From: Candidatus Thorarchaeota archaeon
GTDB lineage: Archaea > Asgardarchaeota > Thorarchaeia > Thorarchaeales > Thorarchaeaceae
Length of the DNA stretch: 64,000 bases
Direction: 5' to 3'
Assembly: GCA_038893995.1 (NCBI GenBank)
Contig: JAWAQK010000001.1
Coordinates: 32,001-96,000 of the forward strand
Position numbers and translations under genes: made by a program. This document shows positions 1 to 9,347 of this stretch, one piece after another. Below the pieces are notes generated by a model that was not told the DNA's origin, searched no databases, and saw only the letters and a program-made list of their open reading frames with translations. Within the stretch, counting starts at the first letter, position 1, and every line of letters starts with the position of its first letter.

Positions 1-451
1 TCCTCAGCCTGGCGAATCCGTCGCTGAATAGACTCATGTGATGACGGATGTCCTCTTCCGTGTCAGCCAACGCAGAGAGTGAGATTGCCACGTCGTCCAT
101 ACCGCTCTCCTGGTACTCGTGTATCAGATCATCGATCAGGTCGCTGAGTGCCATTATCTGACGAGCAATGGTATCGTTTAGGTCGATCATACTCTGGACG
201 ATCTCAGCACTCTCGGGATCGGGCATCAGTGGGACAAAGTCCTCAAGGGCGATACCAGCCTGTCGACACTTGTCGAGTCGGCCAGGGATCACTTCGTCGC
301 GCATCTTGTACATCCACCCCAGTCTCTCACTGCTCGTCAGGTCCCTGAGATTCTCAGCTGAGAAGTATGCCGTCCAGGGTCCGTACTCGCTGCTCTCATA
401 GAAGACCCAATCGTCGAATGCCTGAAGTACTCGTTTCCATCCTTCCTCCAT
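1..451 (-). CDS. Hypothetical acidic alpha-helical protein, truncated at window edge
   Basis: Translated by hand: MEEGWKRVLQAFDDWVFYESSEYGPWTAYFSAENLRDL...; open to position 1; missing from the ORF track because the stop lies outside the window. Confidence 0.7.
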   Translation of the reverse strand, partial: MEEGWKRVLQAFDDWVFYESSEYGPWTAYFSAENLRDLTSSERLGWMYKMRDEVIPGRLDKCRQAGIALEDFVPLMPDPESAEIVQSMIDLNDTIARQIMALSDLIDDLIHEYQESGMDDVAISLSALADTEEDIRHHMSLFSDGFARLR

Positions 452-491
452 CTCTGACACGAACGACACCCAAAAGGAGTTACCGCAATCT

Positions 492-503
492 GGGTTATAA
501 ACC
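492..503. promoter_or_regulatory. TATA-like element between divergent genes
   Basis: GGTTATAAACC; TTATAAA lies about 26 nt upstream of ATG 527, typical archaeal leaderless spacing. Confidence 0.5.
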
Positions 504-526
504 AGGGCACACGAGGGAAGCATGCA

Positions 527-1186
527 ATGAGTGAGCTTGCTCGGTTGATACTGGATATCCTCGGCGGGAAGAGAGTTCCACATCCGACGTCGCTGGACCG
601 ATACGACGAGGAGGTGCTGAACCAGCTGGGGATCACGACAGTAGGTCAAGGGGAGATTGACGGCAACAAGAAGGTACAGCTTGCATTTATCGCGATTCAG
701 GAGGGTGTCGAACCGGAGGAGGTCCTGAAATACCTCACATGGAAAGACTTCGAACACTTTGTATCGGGAGTCTTGGACGAGAACAGATACAGATGCGTGG
801 AGCGACTACGTCTCAAGGGAACTGGGTCTACAAGAGGTGTGGAGATAGATATTACCGGCGTGCGAGAGAACCGAATCCTTGCGATCGACGCCAAGAAATG
901 GAGGGCAAGACGTGGCAGATCCTCGGTCATTGCCGCCGTAGCACTTCGTCAGGAGTATAGAGCGAGGTACCTGTCACAGTCGATCGACAAAGTATCCGGC
1001 CGTCTGGCCCTCAGGCCAGGTCGTTACCTCATCTATCCGGTCGTTGTCACATGGTATTCTGAAGACATTCAAGTGTACGAGGGAGTGCCCATTGTGCCCG
1101 CTTTCAAGCTAAACTCGTTTCTACTGGAACTTGACGAACTTGCGGACGTACTTCTTGTCCACGAGGCAGATGTGACAGCGCAGTGA
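527..1186 (+). CDS. PD-(D/E)xK nuclease, Mrr/restriction endonuclease-like
   Basis: LTWKDFEHFV helix, EIDI...AIDAKKW catalytic pattern. Confidence 0.75.
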   Translation: MSELARLILDILGGKRVPHPTSLDRYDEEVLNQLGITTVGQGEIDGNKKVQLAFIAIQEGVEPEEVLKYLTWKDFEHFVSGVLDENRYRCVERLRLKGTGSTRGVEIDITGVRENRILAIDAKKWRARRGRSSVIAAVALRQEYRARYLSQSIDKVSGRLALRPGRYLIYPVVVTWYSEDIQVYEGVPIVPAFKLNSFLLELDELADVLLVHEADVTAQ

Positions 1187-1283
1187 CTGGCTGGCGACAG
1201 TATCGCCATTGGAAGACCCGTCAGCGTTGCGACACCTTAAAGACACATGGTGCCAAGCAGCACCCCGCCTCGGAGGAAGCTGT

Positions 1284-2168
1284 GTGTTCTTCGGCGTTTC
1301 ATATCAGGAGAATGTGAACAACGAGGTAACCAAGAGTCTGATGGATGCCATCACCGAGAGGGGTCACAGGGTGAAGCCCTTCAGGCTCCAGGACATCGCA
1401 GCACATCTACCCGACAGATTCGTCCATCTCGAGGACGAGGACGTGAGCGACCTCAACGGTCTTGTCGTACGTACAATAGGTTTCGGGACCGGTGACCAGA
1501 TCACGTACCGAATCAGTCTGCTCGAACACATGGAGTTGGCAGGCATATACGTCATGAATCCAGCCTACTCATTCCGTAGGGCAAAGGACAAGTATGCAAC
1601 GCTGGTCACACTGCAGCACGCAGGCATCCGTGTTCCCCGGACCTTCGTGGGTGAGAACCTTGAGGCGGCAGTCCAGTTTGTGAACGATGTAAAGGACGTG
1701 GTAGTCAAGCCCATGATAGGATCACGCGGTATGGGTGCACTGAGACCAGAAGTACCGGAACTCACGTATCGGGCGCTGAAATTCATCCACCAGCTTGGTC
1801 AGATACTCTACGTCCAGGAGTACATCAAGAAGCCCGACCGCGACATAAGGGCATTTGTGGTTGGTGGAAGGTTGATCGGAGCCATGTACAGATACGTGAA
1901 AGACGCCTCCAATGAGTGGAGGACAAATGTCTACGAGGGCGGAAAGGCCGTCGCCACGCGACTGGAGTCGGAGTACGAGGAGTGTGCCATTAGGACCGCA
2001 GACATACTCAAGCTCGACTACACTGGCGTAGACATGATCGAGACTCCCAATGGACCCTGCGTGATCGAGGCCAACGCCGCACCATCGTGGAGCGCACTCT
2101 CGAGCGTGACAGGTGTAGATGTAGCAGGTGCGATTGCAGACCTCCTGATCGAGAAGAGTAGGAGATAG
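1284..2168 (+). CDS. RimK/LysX-family ATP-grasp alpha-L-glutamate ligase (possibly MptN/CofF-like)
   Basis: DKYAT, VVKPMIGSRGMG, YVQEYI, DIRAFVVG, WRTNVYEGG, GVDM, IEANAAP; GTG start at 1284 follows GGAGG (track start 1209). Confidence 0.85.
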   Translation: MFFGVSYQENVNNEVTKSLMDAITERGHRVKPFRLQDIAAHLPDRFVHLEDEDVSDLNGLVVRTIGFGTGDQITYRISLLEHMELAGIYVMNPAYSFRRAKDKYATLVTLQHAGIRVPRTFVGENLEAAVQFVNDVKDVVVKPMIGSRGMGALRPEVPELTYRALKFIHQLGQILYVQEYIKKPDRDIRAFVVGGRLIGAMYRYVKDASNEWRTNVYEGGKAVATRLESEYEECAIRTADILKLDYTGVDMIETPNGPCVIEANAAPSWSALSSVTGVDVAGAIADLLIEKSRR

Positions 2169-2185
2169 AAGCGTAGCACCTGGAA

Positions 2186-2941
2186 TCAGGAACCTGTTAC
2201 CTCTGAAACTACTGCAGCCACTTGGTCCTTGGACATCATACGGAACTGCCGGTCCTTGGTGCTCACCAGGCCCACTTCAATGGTCTTGGAGCGATCAGAG
2301 ACCTTCTCGGCTGTCTTGCTCTGGCCTGGCTGCAGGATCGCCCTCACGGCCAGCTTGACGGCATCTGTGAGCTGGATACCCTCCCTATACTGTTCGTCCA
2401 GTGACTTCCTAAAGAAGTCCTTGACAGCCTCAGCGTCTCTTCCTATGGCTGCTGCTTTCCAGCCCCAGAAGGAACCAGAGGGGTCAGTCAGATACAAGTG
2501 AGGTCCGTCGTCGTCTACTCCACCCACTAGGAGGGAAACGCCAAAGGGCCTATAACCCCCGTACTGTGTGTACAGCTGTTTGATATCGCACAGGTCCATG
2601 ACAAGGGCATAGATGGATATCGGCTCATTGTAGCTGAGTCTGTTGATCTGGGCCTGAACCCGAGCTCTGTCGATGAGCTTTCTTGCGTCCGCGTGGAGCC
2701 CAGCAATCGCAGTCCCAACGTGGTCATCGATGATCAGTATCTTCTTGAGTGTCTCGAGGTCCGCCAACGGGCTGGGAGGCCGCTTCTCTCCTGCAAGAAC
2801 AACTCCATCAACTGCCTTCACGCCGACAGCCAGTGGACCATGTCTCACGGCCTCTGTAGCATATTCAACCTGATACAAACGACCCTCGGGACTGAAGACC
2901 GTTATGGCCCTGTCATAACCCATGCTCTGCATCGGAAACAT
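2186..2941 (-). CDS. psmA: 20S proteasome alpha subunit
   Basis: YDRAITVFSPEGRLYQVEYA signature, RPFGVSLL, TDPSG. Confidence 0.97.
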   Translation of the reverse strand: MFPMQSMGYDRAITVFSPEGRLYQVEYATEAVRHGPLAVGVKAVDGVVLAGEKRPPSPLADLETLKKILIIDDHVGTAIAGLHADARKLIDRARVQAQINRLSYNEPISIYALVMDLCDIKQLYTQYGGYRPFGVSLLVGGVDDDGPHLYLTDPSGSFWGWKAAAIGRDAEAVKDFFRKSLDEQYREGIQLTDAVKLAVRAILQPGQSKTAEKVSDRSKTIEVGLVSTKDRQFRMMSKDQVAAVVSEVTGS

Positions 2942-3046
2942 GCTGCGGTGTCGCTCCCATCACTGCTTCAAGACGGACTCATTCAATGTCTGCGCATCCC
3001 GAGGCGATTTAAAAGCTTGCCTGTGTGCCTTCGCTGAGGTCCAATC

Positions 3047-3757
3047 TCATCTCCAGTCGAGACGGATCCTAATACCAGCAGGAGGCCTCGACACTACCTC
3101 TCTGATCTCCTCGGCACTCGGGACTCGCAGTCCAGCAGCCTGGTCACGGCGTACCCCATTCAGTGGGGCATATCTCTGAATGACATATTCGCCACTGTAG
3201 CCCACATCGCTCAGCACAGTGAGTATCGCTTCTATGTCCGCGGGCGCCATCAGACCGGGGACGTATGTCGTCCTGGGCCAGAACTGCACATCGGAGTCCA
3301 TGACGACCCTGATGCTCTCCATCACCTGCGGCCAAGGATTGCGATTCAGTCCGATGACATATGGATATCGGGAGGGGGAGGCCTTTATATCAAACCAGAC
3401 GCTGTCTAGAAAGGGGAGACTCTCCCTCAGGACACTAGGTACGGACCCCTGTGTGTTGAGGTTGATATGCTTGCCAGTTTCCTCCCTGAGGGCGGCTAGT
3501 AGAGCAGGCAATTCTGGATGGATTGTAGGCTCTCCCCCGCTGATACAGAAACCATCACTCATGAAGTCCTTCACCCTCTGGACAATGGACGAGACTGACA
3601 TCTCCTGTCCTGAATCGAGAGGTATCAGGCTTGAGTTATGGCAATATGGGCAGTTGAAATTGCATCCACCAGTGAATATCATGGTGACCGGTAGCCCAGG
3701 TACGTCAGAAAGGCTCACATCAATGATAGTACCTATGCGAAGTTTGGGCTCTCTCAT
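3047..3757 (-). CDS. nrdG: Anaerobic ribonucleotide reductase activating protein (glycyl-radical activase, radical SAM)
   Basis: GCNFNCPYCHN, ISGGEPT, FDIKA. Confidence 0.8.
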   Translation of the reverse strand: MREPKLRIGTIIDVSLSDVPGLPVTMIFTGGCNFNCPYCHNSSLIPLDSGQEMSVSSIVQRVKDFMSDGFCISGGEPTIHPELPALLAALREETGKHINLNTQGSVPSVLRESLPFLDSVWFDIKASPSRYPYVIGLNRNPWPQVMESIRVVMDSDVQFWPRTTYVPGLMAPADIEAILTVLSDVGYSGEYVIQRYAPLNGVRRDQAAGLRVPSAEEIREVVSRPPAGIRIRLDWR

Positions 3758-3901
3758 ACCGGAAACATCTGATCATCAGGTCTGCAACACGGGCATTTCA
3801 ATTCATCCAATTGTCAAACGTAGGCGGACGAACGCGCGTCACTGACTGCCACAACAGGGTGATTCCAGAACTTTCAACAGTCACCAGTACTCATGTCACC
3901 A

Positions 3902-4978
3902 TCATCCTGTCGAGATGCCAAGGACTGGGAATACTCTCCGCTTGACCTCTGCCACGTTTCTACGTACCTCTGCCCATGTCTCAGCATCGTCTTGCCATGT
4001 GTTCTCGTGGCTGGGGACGACGAAGGGTCGGCCTGACAGGACAGACATCACCACTGCAGACCCCCACAGCCGAGCCACCTCGCTGTAGCCACCGCCAGAT
4101 AGGACCCCTATTCGGCCTCGCGACCAGCGATGGGCGGCCTCGTGACAGTATTCTGCGATATGACGGATCGTCGCAGTAGTCAGCTTCAGATGGGCCAGCC
4201 TGTCCCTGTAGTGCGCATCGAAACCGGGCAGCAGGAGAATGAACTCGGGTCTGTACCATTCGACTATGGGCGGCACTATCTGATCGAACGCGTACTGGTA
4301 GACTGAGTCACCGGAGTCCATTGGAAAATGCATGTTGATCGTGTAACCCTCGCCCCGCCCAGAACCGATCTCCTCGATCAGTCCTGTGTGGGGGTACATC
4401 CATTCGGGGTCCTCGTGGAAGGATATCTGCATCACGTCCGGATCGTGGTAGAAATACTCCTGGGTCCCATTCCCATGGTGAACGTCAAAGTCAGCAATGA
4501 GTATCCTGCTGAACCCTCTTCTCTTCAGGAGGATTGCTGCAGCAGCAACGTCGTTGAAGACACAGAATCCGCCACCGCCCGTCCTCCGTGCATGGTGAAA
4601 GCCACCAGTGGGAGAGAAGAAGTGGTCCAACACACCTGCGATCACAGACTCAACTCCGGTGATGGTGCCCCCACATGTCATTCGTGCCGTGTCAAGAATG
4701 CCTCGGAAGCCTGGCGTGTCGATCTCGATGTCGCCCAGACCTGTCTGTGATATCATCCTGACTGACTCGATGTATTCCTCAGAGTGTGTTGCCGTAAGGA
4801 GGTCATCAGGAAGGGGGAGTGCGTTTACCATGACGACTTGATCTCCGTCGAGCAGGCCGTGCTCAAGAAGGAAATCACGAACGGACTGGAAACGTCCCCT
4901 TCGTACCGGATGCGTCGTCCCGAAATCGAAACTCTCATACTGAGGACTCCATACGAACCCGACCTTGCAACCAGACAC
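3902..4978 (-). CDS. Zn-dependent histone deacetylase/AcuC family deacetylase
   Basis: GGFHHA, GGFCVFND, DFDVHHGNGTQ, GFDAH, GGGY. Confidence 0.92.
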   Translation of the reverse strand: MSGCKVGFVWSPQYESFDFGTTHPVRRGRFQSVRDFLLEHGLLDGDQVVMVNALPLPDDLLTATHSEEYIESVRMISQTGLGDIEIDTPGFRGILDTARMTCGGTITGVESVIAGVLDHFFSPTGGFHHARRTGGGGFCVFNDVAAAAILLKRRGFSRILIADFDVHHGNGTQEYFYHDPDVMQISFHEDPEWMYPHTGLIEEIGSGRGEGYTINMHFPMDSGDSVYQYAFDQIVPPIVEWYRPEFILLLPGFDAHYRDRLAHLKLTTATIRHIAEYCHEAAHRWSRGRIGVLSGGGYSEVARLWGSAVVMSVLSGRPFVVPSHENTWQDDAETWAEVRRNVAEVKRRVFPVLGISTG

Positions 4979-5043
4979 AGTGAGTTCGTCATCACTTGCC
5001 CCGTTCCAAGCTTATATTGCTTCAGAAGTGACTAGACTGGTTC

Positions 5044-5886
5044 ATGTCACTGCCATCCTCGAGCGGTCTCGAACTTGCTGCAGAGGTACTAAGGGGGAGA
5101 CGTGTGCTTGTCGCCTTCAGTGGGGGCCTCGACAGCTCAGTGCTTGCGGTACTTGCGAGAGACCATGCCGAGAGAGCGGTACTACTGACTGTAGATACGC
5201 CTCTGATATCCGAGGAAGACAGGCTCAATGCAGTCCGAGTGGCACGCGAACTTGGAATGGAACATCTCATTGTGAGTGTTGACTGGCTCCAAGATGATGA
5301 GTTGACCCAGAACAGCAGGGATCGCTGCTACCGGTGCAAGAAGAAACTGGCAAGAATATGGCTCGACGAGGCCGCAAGACTCGGACTTGACATGGTCGTA
5401 GAGGGCACAAGCGCCACCGACATGGCATCGTTCAGACCAGGAGAGAGAGCACTCAGAGAGTTGGGCGTGGAGTCTCCCTTTCTGCGTGCTGGTGTGACAA
5501 GGGCGTCAATCAGGGAGTTTGCAGAGAGGGTGGGACTCTCAGTTGCAGACCGGCCATCGAGCGCCTGTCTCGCTACAAGAATACCCTACGGAGCAAAGGT
5601 CACACTAGACAGGTTGAGAATGATTGAGAGGATGGAGGACTTCATCAGGACCGAGTTCGGAGTCAGGTGTGTCAGAGCGAGGTATCATGGGGACCTTGTC
5701 CGAATCGAGATCGGTGTCGACGAGATGGAGAAGGTGCTCGAACGTTCGATACTGAACAGGATACACGTCATGGCGAGAGGACTCGGATTCGAACATGCTG
5801 CACTGGATGCGGGCGGGTATCGCTCAGGCTCATTTGACGAGTCGAGTCCTGATCCTGGCGACCTCATGGCTAGTGATGACGGATAG
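5044..5886 (+). CDS. larE: ATP-dependent sulfur transferase LarE ([4Fe-4S]-type Cys pattern)
   Basis: PP-loop AFSGGLDSS, DRCYRCKK, RPG, SSACLATRIPYG, VRARYHG, GYRSGS. Confidence 0.9.
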   Translation: MSLPSSSGLELAAEVLRGRRVLVAFSGGLDSSVLAVLARDHAERAVLLTVDTPLISEEDRLNAVRVARELGMEHLIVSVDWLQDDELTQNSRDRCYRCKKKLARIWLDEAARLGLDMVVEGTSATDMASFRPGERALRELGVESPFLRAGVTRASIREFAERVGLSVADRPSSACLATRIPYGAKVTLDRLRMIERMEDFIRTEFGVRCVRARYHGDLVRIEIGVDEMEKVLERSILNRIHVMARGLGFEHAALDAGGYRSGSFDESSPDPGDLMASDDG

Positions 5887-5998
5887 TAGCTGCTAGCGAT
5901 AGTGCCAGAGTGTCGGAGCATCTCTCGTGAATGCGAAGAGACATGTGCATTGTAGGAATAGCAATTGTTAAATACACATGTTGATTGGCTATAGTTAA

Positions 5999-6247
5999 GT
6001 GATTGATGTGTCAGCAAGACCCAATGAGGTGCTGGACTGCACGGGGCTATATTGTCCACAACCTCTCTTTCAGACCAGGGAGGCGTTGAACAAGATTGCC
6101 GTCGGGGAGATTCTTGAGGTCCTGGCTGACGATCCAGCCGCGGAGGAAGACATCAAGAGGCTCGTGAAACGCACGGGTCAGGAGATGGTCGGGCTGGAGA
6201 AACTGAAGGATGGAGTGATCAGGTTCCTAATCCGAAAGATACACTAG
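5999..6247 (+). CDS. tusA: TusA-family sulfur carrier
   Basis: LDCTGLYCPQPL, EVLADDPAAEEDI. Confidence 0.9.
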   Translation: MIDVSARPNEVLDCTGLYCPQPLFQTREALNKIAVGEILEVLADDPAAEEDIKRLVKRTGQEMVGLEKLKDGVIRFLIRKIH

Positions 6248-6252
6248 GAGGA

Positions 6253-6612
6253 ATGTGGGTGGCGACGATACTTTATGTACAGACAAGTGACGATCCAGAG
6301 AGGCAATACTCGCCCCTAGTACTGGCTCAGACTGCAAAGATGATGGACATCCGACCTATCATATATTATCTAGGACAGGGTCTCAGAGTACTGAGAGAGG
6401 AGACTGCAAAGAACCTAAGAGTTGGATCGTTTCCGAGCCTGTACGAGATGCTGAAGAAGACTCTTGAGATGGGAATTGACATCTATGTGTGTGAGGCCTC
6501 AAAGCAGATGCTGGGCTGGACCAGCGTCCAGTTGATGGAGGGCCTCAAGATAGTCGGGGCGGGAACACTTAATGATCTGTCGCTAGAGGCCGATGCGACA
6601 ATGTGGTTCTGA
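6253..6612 (+). CDS. DsrE/F-family sulfur-transfer protein
   Basis: YYLGQGL, GIDIYVCEAS, GAGTL; size and operon context. Confidence 0.8.
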   Translation: MWVATILYVQTSDDPERQYSPLVLAQTAKMMDIRPIIYYLGQGLRVLREETAKNLRVGSFPSLYEMLKKTLEMGIDIYVCEASKQMLGWTSVQLMEGLKIVGAGTLNDLSLEADATMWF

Positions 6613-6629
6613 GAAGAGGAGGTCTTGGC

Positions 6630-7808
6630 TTGCCTAATCTATACTTCGACTATCATTCGTCAAAACCGACTGACCCCAGAGTCGTGGACGCAATGATTCC
6701 CTTCTTCACTGAGAAGATTGGAAACCCATCCTCTCTTCACAGAGTTGGCGATGAGGCCACTGAAGCACTTGAGGCGAGCCGCAAGAACATTGCCGACTAC
6801 ATACACGCAGAACCTGACGAGATCGTGTTCACATCCGGAGCGACAGAGTCGAATAACCTCGCGCTGATTGGTTATGCTCTCCGTAACAAGAAGAAAGGAA
6901 GCCATGTGATAATCTCCGAAGTGGAACACATATCTATCATGAACCTGGCCAAGAGCCTCACCTCAATGGGCTTCCAGGTGACAAGAGTGCCTGTCGATCA
7001 ATACGGCATGGTCCTCCTGGACAAGTTGGAGAGAAGGATACGAAATGACACAATCCTCATCAGCGTGGGATATGCCAGTAACGAGATTGGGACAATACAG
7101 CCAATCAGAGAGATCGGTAAGATCGCTGCTGAGAGAGGGATAGCATTCCACACCGACGCTGTTGCCGCTCAGGGCCTCCTCGAACTGGATGTCAGACGGG
7201 ACAACATCAATCTGATGACTCTGTCCTCGAACGACTTCTATGGTCCCAAGGGCCTTGGCATCCTCTACATGCAGAAGGGATACAGAGTCAACCCGATCAT
7301 CATTGGCGGCGGACAAGAGAGAGGAATAAGATCCGGTACAGAGAACATCCCCGCAATTGTTGGAATGAGCGTGGCGGTAGACATTCTCAGGAAGGAGATG
7401 GAGTCCGAGGTCAGGAGGTTCAGGGCATACCACAGACGCATAACTGAGAGCGTACTTAGCCAGGTTCCATATAGCTACCTCAACGGGCATCCTGAGCAGA
7501 GGCTTGCCAGCAACTCTCATTTCAGGTTCGATGGTATAGAGGGAGAGGCAATACTACTCTCTCTCAAGGACAAGGGAATTTCTGTATCAACCGGATCTGC
7601 ATGCACGTCCAAGACACTTGAGCCATCCCATACACTGATAGCCACAGGTCTCATTCACGAGGAGGCGCACGGCAGTCTACAGATAACGACAGGTCGATTC
7701 AACAGGGATGACGAGATTGATATTCTAATAGAGGCGATACCGGAAGTCATCAGCAGGCTTAGGTCATTGTCCCCGATCTACTTACAGAGGAGAGTGAAGA
7801 CAAGATGA
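6630..7808 (+). CDS. iscS: IscS/NifS-family cysteine desulfurase homologue with PLP Lys replaced by Asp
   Basis: FTSGATESNN, NEIGTIQP, HTDAV, GGQERGIRSGTEN, STGSACTS; LSSNDFYGPKG instead of SxHKxYGPKG; TTG start after GGAGG. Confidence 0.92.
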   Translation: MPNLYFDYHSSKPTDPRVVDAMIPFFTEKIGNPSSLHRVGDEATEALEASRKNIADYIHAEPDEIVFTSGATESNNLALIGYALRNKKKGSHVIISEVEHISIMNLAKSLTSMGFQVTRVPVDQYGMVLLDKLERRIRNDTILISVGYASNEIGTIQPIREIGKIAAERGIAFHTDAVAAQGLLELDVRRDNINLMTLSSNDFYGPKGLGILYMQKGYRVNPIIIGGGQERGIRSGTENIPAIVGMSVAVDILRKEMESEVRRFRAYHRRITESVLSQVPYSYLNGHPEQRLASNSHFRFDGIEGEAILLSLKDKGISVSTGSACTSKTLEPSHTLIATGLIHEEAHGSLQITTGRFNRDDEIDILIEAIPEVISRLRSLSPIYLQRRVKTR

Positions 7809-8584
7809 AGTCAACCCAGTATTCGGAGAAGGTCCTGGACCACTTCAGGAATCCCAGAAACGTTGGGGTCCTGGAGGGAGACGACGTCGCAGTAGGACGC
7901 GTAGGCAATCCCGTCTGTGGTGACCTGATGGAGGTCTTCATACGGGTCAAGGACGACAGAATCGTGGATGCCAAGTTCAGGACGTTCGGATGTGGCTCCG
8001 CAATAGCGAGCAGTAGCATGACGACGGAGCTCGTTAAGGGAATGACCCTGGATGAGGCCATGAAAGTGACCCGAGAGGACGTTGCGACGGAGCTCGATGG
8101 CCTCCCGCCGATCAAGATGCACTGTTCAAATCTTGCTGCTGATGCGTTGCACGAGGCGATAATGAACTACAGGAGGGCTCACGGCCAGGCCGGCAGCGCG
8201 GACTCAGTCAGTGAAGTCACGACACCCAGGTGCATTGTGGGGAAGGAGCAGTACTTGGGTAAGGGTGTATACACATCGGTCGATGACGTGAAGGCATTCT
8301 CAGGGAAGAGAGTAATGGTGCTCCACACCGGTGACCAGTCACTCATGGCAGCTCTTGAGATCGCTAACGAAACGTCGCGGGTCATCATCGTGACCCCAGA
8401 GTCTGAGATTCATACCTCCGAGGAGATAGGAGCGAGGCTTGAGGACCCGAGAATCAAGATAATATACGAGTCCAGGCTTGCGGAGATAAGGGGCGAGGAC
8501 GAGGTAGAACGCGTGCTCATACATGACGAGAACGAGGACGAGGATCATGAGATCTTCGTGGATGCCGTTGTAATCATAGAATAG
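7805..8584 (+). CDS. iscU: IscU/NifU Fe-S scaffold fused to a degenerate thioredoxin-reductase NAD(P)-binding-like domain
   Basis: YSEKVLDHFRNPRNVG, GNPVCGD, FGCGSAIAS, KMHCSNLA; C-terminal ~115 aa resembles the TrxR middle domain. Confidence 0.88.
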   Translation: MKSTQYSEKVLDHFRNPRNVGVLEGDDVAVGRVGNPVCGDLMEVFIRVKDDRIVDAKFRTFGCGSAIASSSMTTELVKGMTLDEAMKVTREDVATELDGLPPIKMHCSNLAADALHEAIMNYRRAHGQAGSADSVSEVTTPRCIVGKEQYLGKGVYTSVDDVKAFSGKRVMVLHTGDQSLMAALEIANETSRVIIVTPESEIHTSEEIGARLEDPRIKIIYESRLAEIRGEDEVERVLIHDENEDEDHEIFVDAVVIIE

Positions 8585-8773
8585 CACATCTCGAGTCCGG
8601 CATTGGACCTGAGAGTCATTGTATCGGGGACCGCAGAGTCGTACGACTGTCTGTAACACGAAACGGACATTGAACCGGCTGAAGATCACATGAGGAATCT
8701 CGGCGATCATTCGACCATATGTCTTATCTGATACGATGAACAACCCGCAGATCAAGGAATGGAGGTCACCTAA

Positions 8774-9202
8774 GTGTCAAGGACCAGGCAGGGCGACTTC
8801 ATAGACATCCTCATGGTAGGCCAGAGAGGATCCTACAGGACAAGGGAACTCCTGTCGAGACTAGATTACGCGCTCACACCTGAGAACATTGGGAAGATGA
8901 CCGTCAAGAGAATTGTAAAGATGCCAGAAGTCACTCAGGTGGCGTACATAGTCGGTGACGAGAGCCACTATACGTGTGGCAGCGACGAGCCTCTCGTGGT
9001 CCCAGGGATAACACCAGAACTGCTGCTGAGGACGATAGAGATCATCGCCAGGTGCAGCTCGGAAAATCAGCATGTCAGATCGGTGGTGTTGTTGACTGAC
9101 AGACTGAACCGCAGTATAGAGCGATACACAGAGCAGTTCTTTTCAATCGCGCAGCATCTCGGAGTAAGCTGTACTGAAAGATGGTATGTGAGACCAGCAT
9201 AG
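8774..9202 (+). CDS. Hypothetical protein
   Basis: 142-aa ORF with GGAGGT SD upstream; no motif recognised. Confidence 0.6.
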   Translation: MSRTRQGDFIDILMVGQRGSYRTRELLSRLDYALTPENIGKMTVKRIVKMPEVTQVAYIVGDESHYTCGSDEPLVVPGITPELLLRTIEIIARCSSENQHVRSVVLLTDRLNRSIERYTEQFFSIAQHLGVSCTERWYVRPA

Positions 9203-9347
9203 CCCTACGAAGGACGATTTCGGATGTGGCCCATGATACTGGCACGTGCTAGTAGACTGGGATGATTCTGTCATCACTGATGACCCGACACTGGCATGCG
9301 GTCGTCCAAACGAGCACGGTTAGTATGAGCACGAAGACAGTGCCCAC

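Noticed and set aside
3219-3845. Long antisense ORFs (also 40423-41052, 44711-45382, 56445-57083, 26803-27372)
   Set aside because: Shadows of well-supported genes on the opposite strand, with no motifs
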